A stretch of DNA of 25,382 bases from a virus (IMGVR_UViG_3300044724_000139:1-25382); one strand, 5' to 3'; counted from the stretch's first letter, positions 15,064 through 24,460 are shown. The notes: generated from the sequence alone by a model not told the origin. Translations and numbers: made by a program.

Positions 15064-16695
15064 TTATCCTAAAGCTTGTCCTGATACAAAGCCATACCAA
15101 GTAGTGCCGCCATCATGTGTATAGAACACAAACTGATCTACTGCACCTGAACCAGTGCTAAGTGTTGGTGCTGTTGCATCAGGCCAATCCACTGAAGTAG
15201 GCCACGTAATAGTGTAAGCACTTGAACCTTGTATAACTTTTAATGAGAAGCCGTATGCTGTACCACTTGCAGGTGGATTGCTCCAAGTAAAGGTAGTAAC
15301 GTTTTCACTTAGTGTTAACGCAAATACGTTACCTGCTTCACAGTCAATTGTAGCCGTACCACTTGATGAAGTAATAGCTGCATACGTTTCATTGTAGGAG
15401 TCTACCACAAGTTCACCAGTAATGTCAACATCACCTGTGTAAGAACTTAGGTCTACACTAGAAAGTTTAGCATCTAGTTGTGTTTGCACATTAGATGTAA
15501 CACCATCCATGTAGTTAAGTTCTGTAGTAGAAGCTGTAATACCTGCTAATGTGTTTAGCTCTGCTGTGGTAGCAGTAACACCATCTAGTTTATTTAACTC
15601 TGTTGTAGAAGCTGTGATGCCATCTAGTGTGTTAAGTTCTGCTGTAGATGCTGTGATGCCATCTAAAGTATTTAACTCTGCTGTAGATGCTAGAATACCG
15701 TCTAGTGTGTTAAGTTCTGCAGTACTAGAAGTGATACCTGCTAATGTGTTTATTTCTGCTGTTGTAGCTGTTACACCGTCTAACTTATTTAACTCTGCTG
15801 TAGAAGCTGTAATACCTGCTAATGTGTTTATTTCTGCAGTTGTAGCAGTAACACCATCTAGTATGTTTATTTCAGCGCCTGTAGCTGTGACCGCTGTACC
15901 ACCAAGAGTAAGTGTTGTTGTAGCAATATCTACGTTAGCAGAACCATCAAAATTAACAGAACCAGATGTAATACCTGAAATAGAAATAGTACGTGCTGTT
16001 GTAAGTGCGTCTGCTGTAGATGAAGTACCTGTAACTGTAGCATTAATAGTACCACTTACAGTAAGATCACCTGTCACGGTACCATTACCTGATACTGCTA
16101 GTGTACCAATATTAGCTGTGTCGATAGAAGCAGTATCAATGTTAGCTGTACCATCAATGTACAAATCTCTCCACTCACTGTCTGCAGCACCTAAGTCATA
16201 TGTGTCATCAGCAGATGGAAGAATACTAGAAGACACATCAGCAGTAAGGGTAATAGTGTCTGTTGCTGCGTCACCGAATGTAAGGTTACCTGCTATTGTT
16301 GTATCACCATCTACTGTAAGGTTACCACCAATAGTTACATTACTTGTTACATCTAGTGTGCTTTGTAGTGTAGCAGCACCTTCAACATTTACTGTACCAT
16401 CTATGTCAGCATTACCTTCAAGGTACAAGTCTTTATATCTTAACGTAGTTGTACCAAGGTCCACAGTGTTTGTAGTCTTAGGGCGTAGTGTAGAAGTAGT
16501 GGCTACAATGTCTTGCGCTGGGCCAATAACTTCAATAGGCGCACCTTCTGCTGCAGTACCGTCATGTGTGTGACCTGTACTAACATTAAATGCTGCCTCG
16601 ACAGCGTTGAACTCGTTGTCTAGATCATCAGCGTCAATAACATTACCGTTAGCAATGTTGTTAGCTGTATCTGTTCTTACGTAACCTGTACCCAT
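15064..16695 (-). CDS. Tail fibre protein, 543 aa
   Basis: N-terminal anchor (IDADDLDNEFNAVEAAF...GHTHDG), beta-repeat shaft (LTVDGDTTIAGNL; DLG....WRDLYIDG), 13-aa repeats, C-terminal WP.SVDW...AP...DGGTTWYG domain. Follows the nozzle gene. Confidence 0.85.
   Translation of the reverse strand: MGTGYVRTDTANNIANGNVIDADDLDNEFNAVEAAFNVSTGHTHDGTAAEGAPIEVIGPAQDIVATTSTLRPKTTNTVDLGTTTLRYKDLYLEGNADIDGTVNVEGAATLQSTLDVTSNVTIGGNLTVDGDTTIAGNLTFGDAATDTITLTADVSSSILPSADDTYDLGAADSEWRDLYIDGTANIDTASIDTANIGTLAVSGNGTVTGDLTVSGTINATVTGTSSTADALTTARTISISGITSGSVNFDGSANVDIATTTLTLGGTAVTATGAEINILDGVTATTAEINTLAGITASTAELNKLDGVTATTAEINTLAGITSSTAELNTLDGILASTAELNTLDGITASTAELNTLDGITASTTELNKLDGVTATTAELNTLAGITASTTELNYMDGVTSNVQTQLDAKLSSVDLSSYTGDVDITGELVVDSYNETYAAITSSSGTATIDCEAGNVFALTLSENVTTFTWSNPPASGTAYGFSLKVIQGSSAYTITWPTSVDWPDATAPTLSTGSGAVDQFVFYTHDGGTTWYGFVSGQALG
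15496..15885 (-). repeat. Ten tandem 39-bp (13-aa) coding repeats, consensus ASTAELNTLDGIT
   Basis: Read directly: ATGAEINILDGVT/ATTAEINTLAGIT/ASTAELNKLDGVT/ATTAEINTLAGIT/SSTAELNTLDGIL/ASTAELNTLDGIT/ASTAELNTLDGIT/ASTTELNKLDGVT/ATTAELNTLAGIT/ASTTELNYMDGVT. Confidence 0.95.
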
Positions 16696-16704
16696 AAGAT
16701 TTCC

Positions 16705-18252
16705 TTACTGTCTGTCGTCTGTAGCAAACTCAAATATTGCTGTGTCTAATAAAAAGGCAGCATCCGAACTTCGGTCTTCTATTCGTATTGCTACTGTCTC
16801 GCCTGATCCTACTATCTGGTTTTTATAGCTTTGTGTTCTTGGTGCACCAAAAGTAGCTGAACCAAACAAAGAAGTGTTATCTCCATAAATACCAGTGCCA
16901 CCACCTGCTTGTGTAATATTAAAAGAAGCAGGTTGTATATAACTAGCTACACCCTGATTATATTTAATACCTGCTACAATATTGATAGAACCAAACGGTT
17001 TTATGTACATGTCTAACTTATAGAAAGTCTTACGTACCTGTGGATCATTAATAGGCATGTAAGGTGATTCATAGATAGCATCAATGTTTTCACCATCTAA
17101 GCTAGTACCTATTTCCATTTTATATACGTAGCCATCGTTGTTTGCGAAAACACGATATTCATCTTCACCAATAAACTGTGAGTCAGCTATGTATACTTTA
17201 AAGCCTTTTAGTTCAGCCCACTGAAAACCCTGTCCACCTTGGTCAATGAACTTAGTACCTAAAACACCTTTAGCAACACTAGATTGCTCACCTGATACAT
17301 AAGCAAACAATCTGTATTGTGCTTTACCTCTAATGACTATACTAGCAAAACTTGTAGCGTAGTCTTGTAGTTTACCTACTGTAGGTCTAATGTTTTTAGA
17401 TGCAACATCAATACCAAAGTCACCAATGCGATCTGTTGAACTTAGTGTACGTAGACCGTCAGGACCAAGGAACATAACATCTGCACCGACTTCCTGAATA
17501 GTATCTGTGCTTAAACATCCTAAGTCTTCAGTAACAGCGCTCATCACAAAATCTGCTGAACTTGAACCTGTAAGACGCATGATCTTATCTACAGCAAAGA
17601 TGATAAGTTGATCACGGAAAACGATAAGACCTGTTATCTCCGAACCAACACTGATACTACCTGCACCTGCTGCTGGGTCAAGATCATCTGCGCTATAGGG
17701 TGCTGTAAAGACTAGCTCTGTGCCTACTCCAAAGAAGAGAGTACTCTTAAACAAACATACGTGGCTAGCACCCTCTACCGCATCATTAGTTGTTGAAGAT
17801 GTAAGATACGTTAATGTATTAGCTGTACGATCAAAGTACGCAGGGAAGTTAACACCATCAACAAAACATATCTTGTAAGCATTATTAAAGTTATATCGTG
17901 CTTGTCTTACTTTACTAAAGTTTGTATTAGGTGCAGTAGCTAAAGAAGTCCAGGTAGGTGTAGCATCTGTGGCATCAGTTATATAGTAAACACCACTACG
18001 TGCAGCAATAACTTTTTCGTTACCGTCTTGTTGTACAATGGCTAAAGCCTGTACTGGACCTGTTCCTGATAAAGCTGTATCAACAAACTTATCATAACCA
18101 GCTACTTTACGATACCCACCATCAAGAGAAGGCTCAAAGTTTTGTAGTTGATATGCTGAACCTACGTTGTTTATACCTTGTTGCAAAGGGCTAACGTTTG
18201 TTATTAACCCTCCTGTAAAAGGTACAGGGAATGTTTGCCACTGTGTAGCCAT
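16705..18252 (-). CDS. Tail nozzle / tail tubular protein B-like (DNA stabilisation) protein, 515 aa
   Basis: Beta-rich. N-terminal FTGGL....SP.......A..LQNF.P...GGYRK..G and ITGLIVFRDQLIIF...GC....TIQEVG.DVMFL.PDGLR are typical of podovirus beta-propeller nozzles. Follows the adaptor gene. Confidence 0.75.
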   Translation of the reverse strand: MATQWQTFPVPFTGGLITNVSPLQQGINNVGSAYQLQNFEPSLDGGYRKVAGYDKFVDTALSGTGPVQALAIVQQDGNEKVIAARSGVYYITDATDATPTWTSLATAPNTNFSKVRQARYNFNNAYKICFVDGVNFPAYFDRTANTLTYLTSSTTNDAVEGASHVCLFKSTLFFGVGTELVFTAPYSADDLDPAAGAGSISVGSEITGLIVFRDQLIIFAVDKIMRLTGSSSADFVMSAVTEDLGCLSTDTIQEVGADVMFLGPDGLRTLSSTDRIGDFGIDVASKNIRPTVGKLQDYATSFASIVIRGKAQYRLFAYVSGEQSSVAKGVLGTKFIDQGGQGFQWAELKGFKVYIADSQFIGEDEYRVFANNDGYVYKMEIGTSLDGENIDAIYESPYMPINDPQVRKTFYKLDMYIKPFGSINIVAGIKYNQGVASYIQPASFNITQAGGGTGIYGDNTSLFGSATFGAPRTQSYKNQIVGSGETVAIRIEDRSSDAAFLLDTAIFEFATDDRQ

Positions 18253-18254
18253 TA

Positions 18255-18968
18255 TTATGAAACTCTTAAGCTAGAGGTGGTACGATTTAAAACTGTTGAA
18301 CGTACATAGTCATAACGGTTAATGTAAAGACTACGCATATATTTAATGCCTGATTCAAACTTACCTTGTGCAATCTGTGATGCTTGTGTGTCAGCACGGA
18401 ACTGATACGCATAGAACATAGCACCATCTACAATAATATGTTTGAACTCTAGAGGTACACTTGGTACATCGTCATACAACTCAAGTGATACTGGGTTGCG
18501 ATAGTATTCATAGACTAACTCGTAGTCTTGATCAGGTGTAGGAACAATAAGAAACTCTTGACTTGGTGCACGTACTACGTGTCGTGGCAATGATTGCATG
18601 TCACTGCTAGAGTTATACTCATAATCAATGTATTTGTCAAGATATTCTTGGTAATCCATAGATTTTAATTTAGTAGTACCTACACTTAATGTATCATCTT
18701 TCTTGATACGGAAGCTATTCATATCAATAAGTTTAGCATCTGTAGGATAATCATAACGAGTTGTACCTGCTGTAAGTACTTCTTCTTCTAGTACGTGGTT
18801 CCAGGGCCAGTTAGATTCTTCATGATTGATGTGACGTAATGAAGCATTCACAGCATCTTTAGCTGTATTGTAAAAACCTGAAGCTGTAGCAAAGTTAGAA
18901 CTAGAAAGCTCTACTTCATTAAGTCTACGGTTTACTTCATTAACAAGACCAAGAAAGTTGTATGCCAT
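18255..18968 (-). CDS. Head-tail adaptor / tail tubular protein A-like protein, 237 aa
   Basis: N-terminal FLGLVNEVNRRLNE helix, WPW, and DDVPSVP.EF.HIIVDGA pattern of podovirus adaptor proteins. Sits immediately before the nozzle. Confidence 0.75.
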   Translation of the reverse strand: MAYNFLGLVNEVNRRLNEVELSSSNFATASGFYNTAKDAVNASLRHINHEESNWPWNHVLEEEVLTAGTTRYDYPTDAKLIDMNSFRIKKDDTLSVGTTKLKSMDYQEYLDKYIDYEYNSSSDMQSLPRHVVRAPSQEFLIVPTPDQDYELVYEYYRNPVSLELYDDVPSVPLEFKHIIVDGAMFYAYQFRADTQASQIAQGKFESGIKYMRSLYINRYDYVRSTVLNRTTSSLRVS

Positions 18969-19288
18969 TATTTATTCCTCACACGTAGTCTTACAGTACG
19001 CTCAACAACAAGACCATTCGTGTCTGTTATTTGGCAGGTAAACTTATAGAGTTTGTTGTTTGTTCCAGAACCTATGTAAGCAGTCACTACCGTGTTTGTA
19101 CTAGAAGATGAAACTAACTGAATACCATTTACTAAAGGTCCACTATCTGTAAGTTCTGTCTTTGTCCCGTCAGCAGCATCAACAAACCAAGTAAAGCTAG
19201 ATATAGTTGCATCACCAAGAAACCGTGACCAATCCATGCTATAGTCAAGTGTTTCATCAGGGTCTTTGTTAGGCCATTTTAATGACAT
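18968..19288 (-). CDS. Small Ig-like structural protein, putative fibre-tail adaptor, 106 aa
   Basis: KDPDETLDYSMDW...Y..TC.ITDTNG...ERTVRLRV pattern recalled from fibre-tail adaptor proteins. Coupled (TAATG) to the adaptor gene. Confidence 0.6.
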   Translation of the reverse strand: MSLKWPNKDPDETLDYSMDWSRFLGDATISSFTWFVDAADGTKTELTDSGPLVNGIQLVSSSSTNTVVTAYIGSGTNNKLYKFTCQITDTNGLVVERTVRLRVRNK

Positions 19289-19299
19289 AGTTTTTTCCT

Positions 19300-20238
19300 T
19301 TAAGCTGCTTGAGCAAATACAGTTCTATAATTAGACGGTTGCGCTTCTATATAAACGGTTCTATTTGTTGCTTCTGGCACGTAAGCTGTTCTTGCTGCAG
19401 AGGTTTGCTCTTTAACATATACAATGTTATTTGGTTCTTCATTTACAGATGCTGTTCTAGTTGTGTTATCTGTAATCTCTTTTATGTAAGCTGTACGTAA
19501 TCTGCTGTAGTTTTCTTTTACTGCTTCGTAGTCAAACTGTACTGTAATAACTGTTTCATTGCCTACAGTAAACGTACCTACTACACCAAGAGGTATTACA
19601 TTAGCAGGAGCTATGACTATTACATCGTCTGCTGATATAGTAGCAGATACACCTTTGTCTGTTAGATCAGCAAGAGCATCTGCATCAATAATAATCTCGT
19701 CGCCATCTACTGCAGGATCATCTGTTATAGCTTCAGCTTCAACACCTTCAGGTATAACAACAGCTTTAGCTACAATAGTTAAATCATCAATAGAACCAGT
19801 AGCATCTACACCTGAAGGTACAACAACAGCCTTAGCTATTATGGTAGGTTCGTCTATTGTACCTGTAGCTTCAGCACTATCTAGTCCATCTACTACCGCT
19901 TTACAGACTAGCTCTAGGTCACCTATTGAACCTGTAGCTGTTACACTTGCTGTTGTAAATACTACACCAGTACCTTCAACAATGGTAGGACTATCTATGG
20001 TTCCTGTAGCAGATACACTATCAAGCGTGAATACAGCTTTAGCTTCTACTGTTACATCATCTATGCTACCGTTAGCTTGTAAGCCTTCAACAGGTATGCT
20101 AACAATAGAACGTACATCAAAGCCATCACCATTGATGCCTGTCGTACCTTGTACACCAGTAAGTACAACAGTTAAGTCAGCCTGTTCATAGCTTTCACCG
20201 AAGCTTGCTACGGAAAAAGGATTCTGTGAAAAGGCCAT
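19300..20238 (-). CDS. Acidic structural protein with ~22-23-aa tandem repeats (putative fibre rod/scaffold), 312 aa
   Basis: About 8 units of V.P.GV.ATG(S/T)IDD.TI.AKA plus C-terminal RT(A/V)Y(I/V) repeats. TAAGGAG SD upstream. Confidence 0.6.
   Translation of the reverse strand: MAFSQNPFSVASFGESYEQADLTVVLTGVQGTTGINGDGFDVRSIVSIPVEGLQANGSIDDVTVEAKAVFTLDSVSATGTIDSPTIVEGTGVVFTTASVTATGSIGDLELVCKAVVDGLDSAEATGTIDEPTIIAKAVVVPSGVDATGSIDDLTIVAKAVVIPEGVEAEAITDDPAVDGDEIIIDADALADLTDKGVSATISADDVIVIAPANVIPLGVVGTFTVGNETVITVQFDYEAVKENYSRLRTAYIKEITDNTTRTASVNEEPNNIVYVKEQTSAARTAYVPEATNRTVYIEAQPSNYRTVFAQAA
19550..20180 (-). repeat. Degenerate ~66-69-bp coding repeats in the 312-aa gene
   Basis: ANGSIDDVTVEAKA / ATGTIDSPTIVEG / ATGSIGDLELVCKA / ATGTIDEPTIIAKA / ATGSIDDLTIVAKA. 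Boundaries approximate. Confidence 0.8.
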
Positions 20239-20248
20239 AAGTTACTCC

Positions 20249-23200
20249 TTATGCAGCAGCATCAATAGATTGCACACCATACCATGTAGTACCACCGTCA
20301 CGGGTCCAGAAAACGTAAATGTCAGTTTCACCTGAAGCAGGGGCATCAGGGGCTGTACCACCTGCCCAATCAACAGATGCTGGCCATGTGACTGTGCCGC
20401 CGTTGCCTGTAAGCTCTACAATTAAGCCAACACTGTAGTTATTGGTGGTTGCTCCAAATGTAAACGTTGTATTGCCTGTCATTGTTAATGACCATGCGCC
20501 ACCAGTATTTGGATCAATCGTAACTGAAGTACCTGACAATGCATCATAATCTTCATGCAACGCACTGTTGATTAAGAACACACCAGATTGTGTGACCTGC
20601 ATCTCATGTTGGTTTCCTGCACGTAAGTTAATGGCGTTTGTGCCAAAGTCTAAACGGGTGTCTGTATCACCTTCGTGGTACAAGTTCCCTGCAAGATAGA
20701 TATTATCTACAGCATTAATATTGCCGTTTATGTTTACACCGCCACTAACAGTCGTAAAGACTTCTGTTCCATCATAGTACAAACCAACATACGGGTTGGC
20801 ATTAGATGAATAAAAGGCAGCCATATTGTGATTGACGCCAGACGTATCCTCACCTTGGATGTATATGTCACCTGCTGCGTGGTTTCGGTTTTGAATATAA
20901 TTATTAGTACCATTGTGTAAGATGCGAAAGTCAGTACCACTGCCAAAATATAAACTATCGTTATCACTTAGCTTGGCGTAGTTTGCACCCCATTCCATAA
21001 CCTCCCCACCAGCACAAACTATTCGTGCTTGGTTTGCTGTATGGAACTGGAAGTAAGTGTCAGTGTCACCATCGTGATAAATACGGTCACGCAGGTAGAT
21101 GTCCTCAACATCGTTAATGACGTTTGCACCAAGGGTAAGTGTACCGTTTAGGGTAGTTGTGCCATCTACTGTAAGACCGTCTGTGGTAAGTGTCCCTGTT
21201 ACATTTGCACCAGAGCTAGTTGTGTTTATCCTTGACGTGGCTGCGTGACGCAGGTCAACGCCGCCAAGCTCTGTCATATAGATATGCCACTGGTTATCTT
21301 CATCATTGTAGATACCCGCAACTTCACCATCGGTCATAAACGACCAGCGCCCTTCATTGGAGCTATTGCGTATTTGCAAGCCGCCCCAAGCAGAAGTGCT
21401 TGACGTAATCTGCAACAAGTCAGCGCGATCACTACTTTCTGCAAGCTGCACCTGTGATCCGATGTTTAGCTGTGTGCCTGATAGTGTTGTGAAGGTGTCG
21501 CTTGCATCACTACGCAGATAGCTAGACCCCTGCACACCGTCCAAGGTATCAGCATCCAGCCCACTGCCAGAGCCATCATTGCCAGAGTGCCAAATTGTAG
21601 TATACCCACTACCATTGTAATATTGAGGTGCTGAAGCATTGCCAGACCCTAAAACTGGGCTACCAGCTACTGCATATAAAAAGTTATTACCATTACTTGT
21701 TGATCCCATTCCTACATAGCCGACACGAACGTCACTGCTATCGTCAAAATCTATCCAACTAGCTGCACTTGTACCCGCCCCATTTGTGTCTTTAAGAGTA
21801 AGAGCACCACCTCCCGTTGATGCTATGGTAATTGCGCCTGTCGCCGTATCACTCGCATCACTACGCAAGAAGCTACTTGCCTGAATACCGTCAACGGTAT
21901 CCGCATCTAGGCCAGAGCCAGTACCATCATTGCCAGCGTGCCATACGGTGTTGCCGCTAATCGTTAAAACATTAGATGTACCATTATATAGGATATTGTT
22001 GTTCTCAAATACCCTGCCTGTTGCATTATCTATGCCAAACAAAACAGGGTACGTTCCAGAAAAGCTAGTTCCTTCAATTAAGGTAGTAGATAAAACAGCA
22101 GTCCCGCTTGCATCAGGCAGTGTAATAGTACGGTCAGCCGTTGGGTCTGTTACTGTAAGTGTGGTTTCGCTGTTGTTTGCTGTAGCACCTTCAAACCTAA
22201 GATCGCCACGCAACTCCATGCCATTTGGGTCAAACTTAGCTACAAGGGCAGAGGTTTCCCATGCGGCTGTACCAGCTTTAGATACACTAATTTCAACTGC
22301 GCCATCTTCAGTGGTGTCGGCGGGGTCTATGATTACGCCTTTTATTCGTGCATAGAACTTTTCAGTACCCGCGCTATTGTTGCCCTTAAAGTCTATACCG
22401 CCAAGTGCATCAGCCACTGCTGGGCTTGCGCTGTCTCTAAAGGTGCGCAATAACGGGCCAATCCCTGCGCCATCATCTGCGTATTCTACGTTGAAGGATG
22501 TTTGGGTGGTGCTGTCTATAGTCAGCCCATCAGCAGTAATAGTACCTGCACTAAAGTTACCTGATGCATCACGAGCTACAACTTTAGATGCTGTATTGTT
22601 TGGTGTAGCATCTACGCCAATCGTAAGAGCAGCACCTTCGGAACCTGCAGCACCGCCTGTGATGTAGTTACCTGAAGCCACAGACTGAACATAGTTACCT
22701 GTGGTGTCTGTGCTTAGTGCTACAGAGTTAGGCTGAATAGTAGTTGCAATAGATGCGTTACCTGTACCGTCTACACCTGCAACACTACCCGTGACATCAC
22801 CCGTCAAACTGATAGTACGTCCTGTAGCCCAAGCTGTTGCAGTAGCTGCATTGCCTGATGTGTCTTGGTTACCTGCAGTGTTAACACCTGGTAGGTTAAT
22901 ACTTGCTGTACCATCAAAGGATACACCACCAATGTTACGAGCAGTCTGTAGGGCTGTAGCTGTATCAGCATTACCTGTTACATCACCCGTGACGTTGCCT
23001 GTCACATTGCCTGATAGACTTGCTGTTACACTGTTAAATGTTACATCGGAGGTTGTCTCTACAGCCTGACCGATATTAATGCCTGAACCATCTACAGTAA
23101 CGCCTGTACCTGCATCAGCAGCAAAGACAGTACCTGTTAGTGTAAGACCATTACCTGCACTATATACGGCAGTAGAGGCTACCTGTGTAAATGTGATGTT

Positions 23201-23992
23201 AGTTGTACCAAAGGTAATTGTACCTTCAGTGTTCATCACATATAGCTCACCTGCACCTGCATTACCTTCTAGTACGAAGAATGCGTCACCCTTACCGAAG
23301 GAGTTAGGATCGGAAGGTGCATAGCTATCTGTGTCAGTAGAACGGGTTAGTACCCAGTTTGTAGATGCTGAACCTGTATCTGTTACAGTGTATACACCGT
23401 TCTGTGTAGCATCTGTTTGTTCATAAATAAGTACACGGTCATTAAGGCTTAGTGTAACGCCATCAATGACTAGTGCAGCTTGTGTGCTGTTGTTAGTAAG
23501 TGTAGCACCTACACCTGCTGTACCATTGTCATACGTAGCAGAAAGGTTACCTTCTTTCTCAACACGTACTGGATCATGATAGTGCAAACCTGCTGCAGCA
23601 ATCGTATCAACGTACTCTTTTGTCGCAGCCTGTAATGCTGTTTGAGGATCACGATTAAGCTCAAGGTCACCATCAGCATTAAAGAATGCAGCTTTACCTG
23701 CAGGTTGTGAAATAAATACTTCAGCCTGTGCTGTAAGGTTAATGGCACTGCCTGAGTTAGAACTTGCTAGAATGGTAGTACGAGCTAGTAGTGATGAACC
23801 TTCTGTCCACGTTCCTAGCCCAACTTCCCAGTTATTAGTGCTAGGCTCAAAGATACTATAGTAAGTAGTATCTCCATCCGACAAAGCAGCAGCAAAAGTC
23901 TGGAAGCCACTTACTGTACCATTTAAGGTAAGTGTGCCTGTACCAGTAGTTGTAGTAGTTTGTTTTACTCTGTCTTTAATTACGAGAGCCAT
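20249..23992 (-). CDS. Long mosaic tail/head fibre protein, 1247 aa
   Basis: MALVIKDRVKQTTTTTGTGTL N-terminus, AATKEYVD, DRVL...QTDATQNGVY module, GNVTGNVTGDVTGNA, TARNIGGVSFDG, RDASGNFSAG, duplicated WH.GNDG.GSGLDAD..DG motifs and a DGGTTWYG C-terminal domain are all common phage fibre modules. Confidence 0.88.
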   Translation of the reverse strand: MALVIKDRVKQTTTTTGTGTLTLNGTVSGFQTFAAALSDGDTTYYSIFEPSTNNWEVGLGTWTEGSSLLARTTILASSNSGSAINLTAQAEVFISQPAGKAAFFNADGDLELNRDPQTALQAATKEYVDTIAAAGLHYHDPVRVEKEGNLSATYDNGTAGVGATLTNNSTQAALVIDGVTLSLNDRVLIYEQTDATQNGVYTVTDTGSASTNWVLTRSTDTDSYAPSDPNSFGKGDAFFVLEGNAGAGELYVMNTEGTITFGTTNITFTQVASTAVYSAGNGLTLTGTVFAADAGTGVTVDGSGINIGQAVETTSDVTFNSVTASLSGNVTGNVTGDVTGNADTATALQTARNIGGVSFDGTASINLPGVNTAGNQDTSGNAATATAWATGRTISLTGDVTGSVAGVDGTGNASIATTIQPNSVALSTDTTGNYVQSVASGNYITGGAAGSEGAALTIGVDATPNNTASKVVARDASGNFSAGTITADGLTIDSTTQTSFNVEYADDGAGIGPLLRTFRDSASPAVADALGGIDFKGNNSAGTEKFYARIKGVIIDPADTTEDGAVEISVSKAGTAAWETSALVAKFDPNGMELRGDLRFEGATANNSETTLTVTDPTADRTITLPDASGTAVLSTTLIEGTSFSGTYPVLFGIDNATGRVFENNNILYNGTSNVLTISGNTVWHAGNDGTGSGLDADTVDGIQASSFLRSDASDTATGAITIASTGGGALTLKDTNGAGTSAASWIDFDDSSDVRVGYVGMGSTSNGNNFLYAVAGSPVLGSGNASAPQYYNGSGYTTIWHSGNDGSGSGLDADTLDGVQGSSYLRSDASDTFTTLSGTQLNIGSQVQLAESSDRADLLQITSSTSAWGGLQIRNSSNEGRWSFMTDGEVAGIYNDEDNQWHIYMTELGGVDLRHAATSRINTTSSGANVTGTLTTDGLTVDGTTTLNGTLTLGANVINDVEDIYLRDRIYHDGDTDTYFQFHTANQARIVCAGGEVMEWGANYAKLSDNDSLYFGSGTDFRILHNGTNNYIQNRNHAAGDIYIQGEDTSGVNHNMAAFYSSNANPYVGLYYDGTEVFTTVSGGVNINGNINAVDNIYLAGNLYHEGDTDTRLDFGTNAINLRAGNQHEMQVTQSGVFLINSALHEDYDALSGTSVTIDPNTGGAWSLTMTGNTTFTFGATTNNYSVGLIVELTGNGGTVTWPASVDWAGGTAPDAPASGETDIYVFWTRDGGTTWYGVQSIDAAA
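21494..21943 (-). repeat. Dispersed ~99-bp direct repeat pair (21494-21592 and 21845-21943) in the long fibre
   Basis: WHAGNDGTGSGLDADTVDGIQASSFLRSDASDT vs WHSGNDGSGSGLDADTLDGVQGSSYLRSDASDT, 351 bp apart, with DNA-level identity (e.g. GCATCACTACGCA and CCATCATTGCCAG in both). Confidence 0.9.
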
Positions 23993-24007
23993 TAAGGTAA
24001 ACCTATA

Positions 24008-24445
24008 TTAAGCGATACGAATTATTGCATTAGATGCATCTGCTGTAGGGAACTGAATAGTAAAATCACCATTAGTAGATGTTTTAGTTCCACCAAAGTC
24101 AATTACGCATATAGCTTTATTAGAAGCAGAAGTATTATAAATAATACAACCATCTGCAGAAATAGTAGAAGAAGTAAATACTTCATCAGTAAAGTCAACG
24201 ATAGCTGTACTACCATCTAATGTAATACTTGCACCGTCTAACTGTTGTCCAGTTGATGTGTAACCTGTACCTGTAGCTTCGTCGCTATTACCTGTTACAT
24301 CGGAATAATTTGTAGTACTAGCTCCGTATGTACCAGTTGGAGACGCTTTAATAAGAGCTAGTTTTAAAACATGAGTATCCAAGTCATGGACACCACCAAG
24401 TAGTTCTGTCTTAAAGCTGTTGCACATTGCTGTTGTGATAGCCAT
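24008..24445 (-). CDS. Small beta-rich virion structural protein (fibre module / decoration), 145 aa
   Basis: MAITTAMCNSFKTELL.G.HD......KLAL...GTGY...G..L...DF.D..FT..TI.A.G..IYN...DFGG.KTST.GDFTIQFP is a pattern common directly after the capsid gene in marine phages. AAAGGA SD. Confidence 0.7.
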   Translation of the reverse strand: MAITTAMCNSFKTELLGGVHDLDTHVLKLALIKASPTGTYGASTTNYSDVTGNSDEATGTGYTSTGQQLDGASITLDGSTAIVDFTDEVFTSSTISADGCIIYNTSASNKAICVIDFGGTKTSTNGDFTIQFPTADASNAIIRIA

Positions 24446-24460
24446 GTTTGAATCCTTTTT

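Noticed and set aside
15496-15885. Possible CRISPR array or diversity-generating-retroelement repeat
   Set aside because: The repeats are contiguous, in-frame and vary mostly at synonymous sites. There are no unique spacers, no cas or reverse transcriptase gene, and no adenine-specific TR/VR mismatch pattern.
15551-16573. 340-aa plus-strand ORF antisense to the 543-aa fibre
   Set aside because: Shadow ORF: it mirrors the fibre repeats in register, is S/V/A/P-rich, has a non-ATG start and no SD, and arises because the sense gene rarely uses TTA/CTA/TCA in frame.
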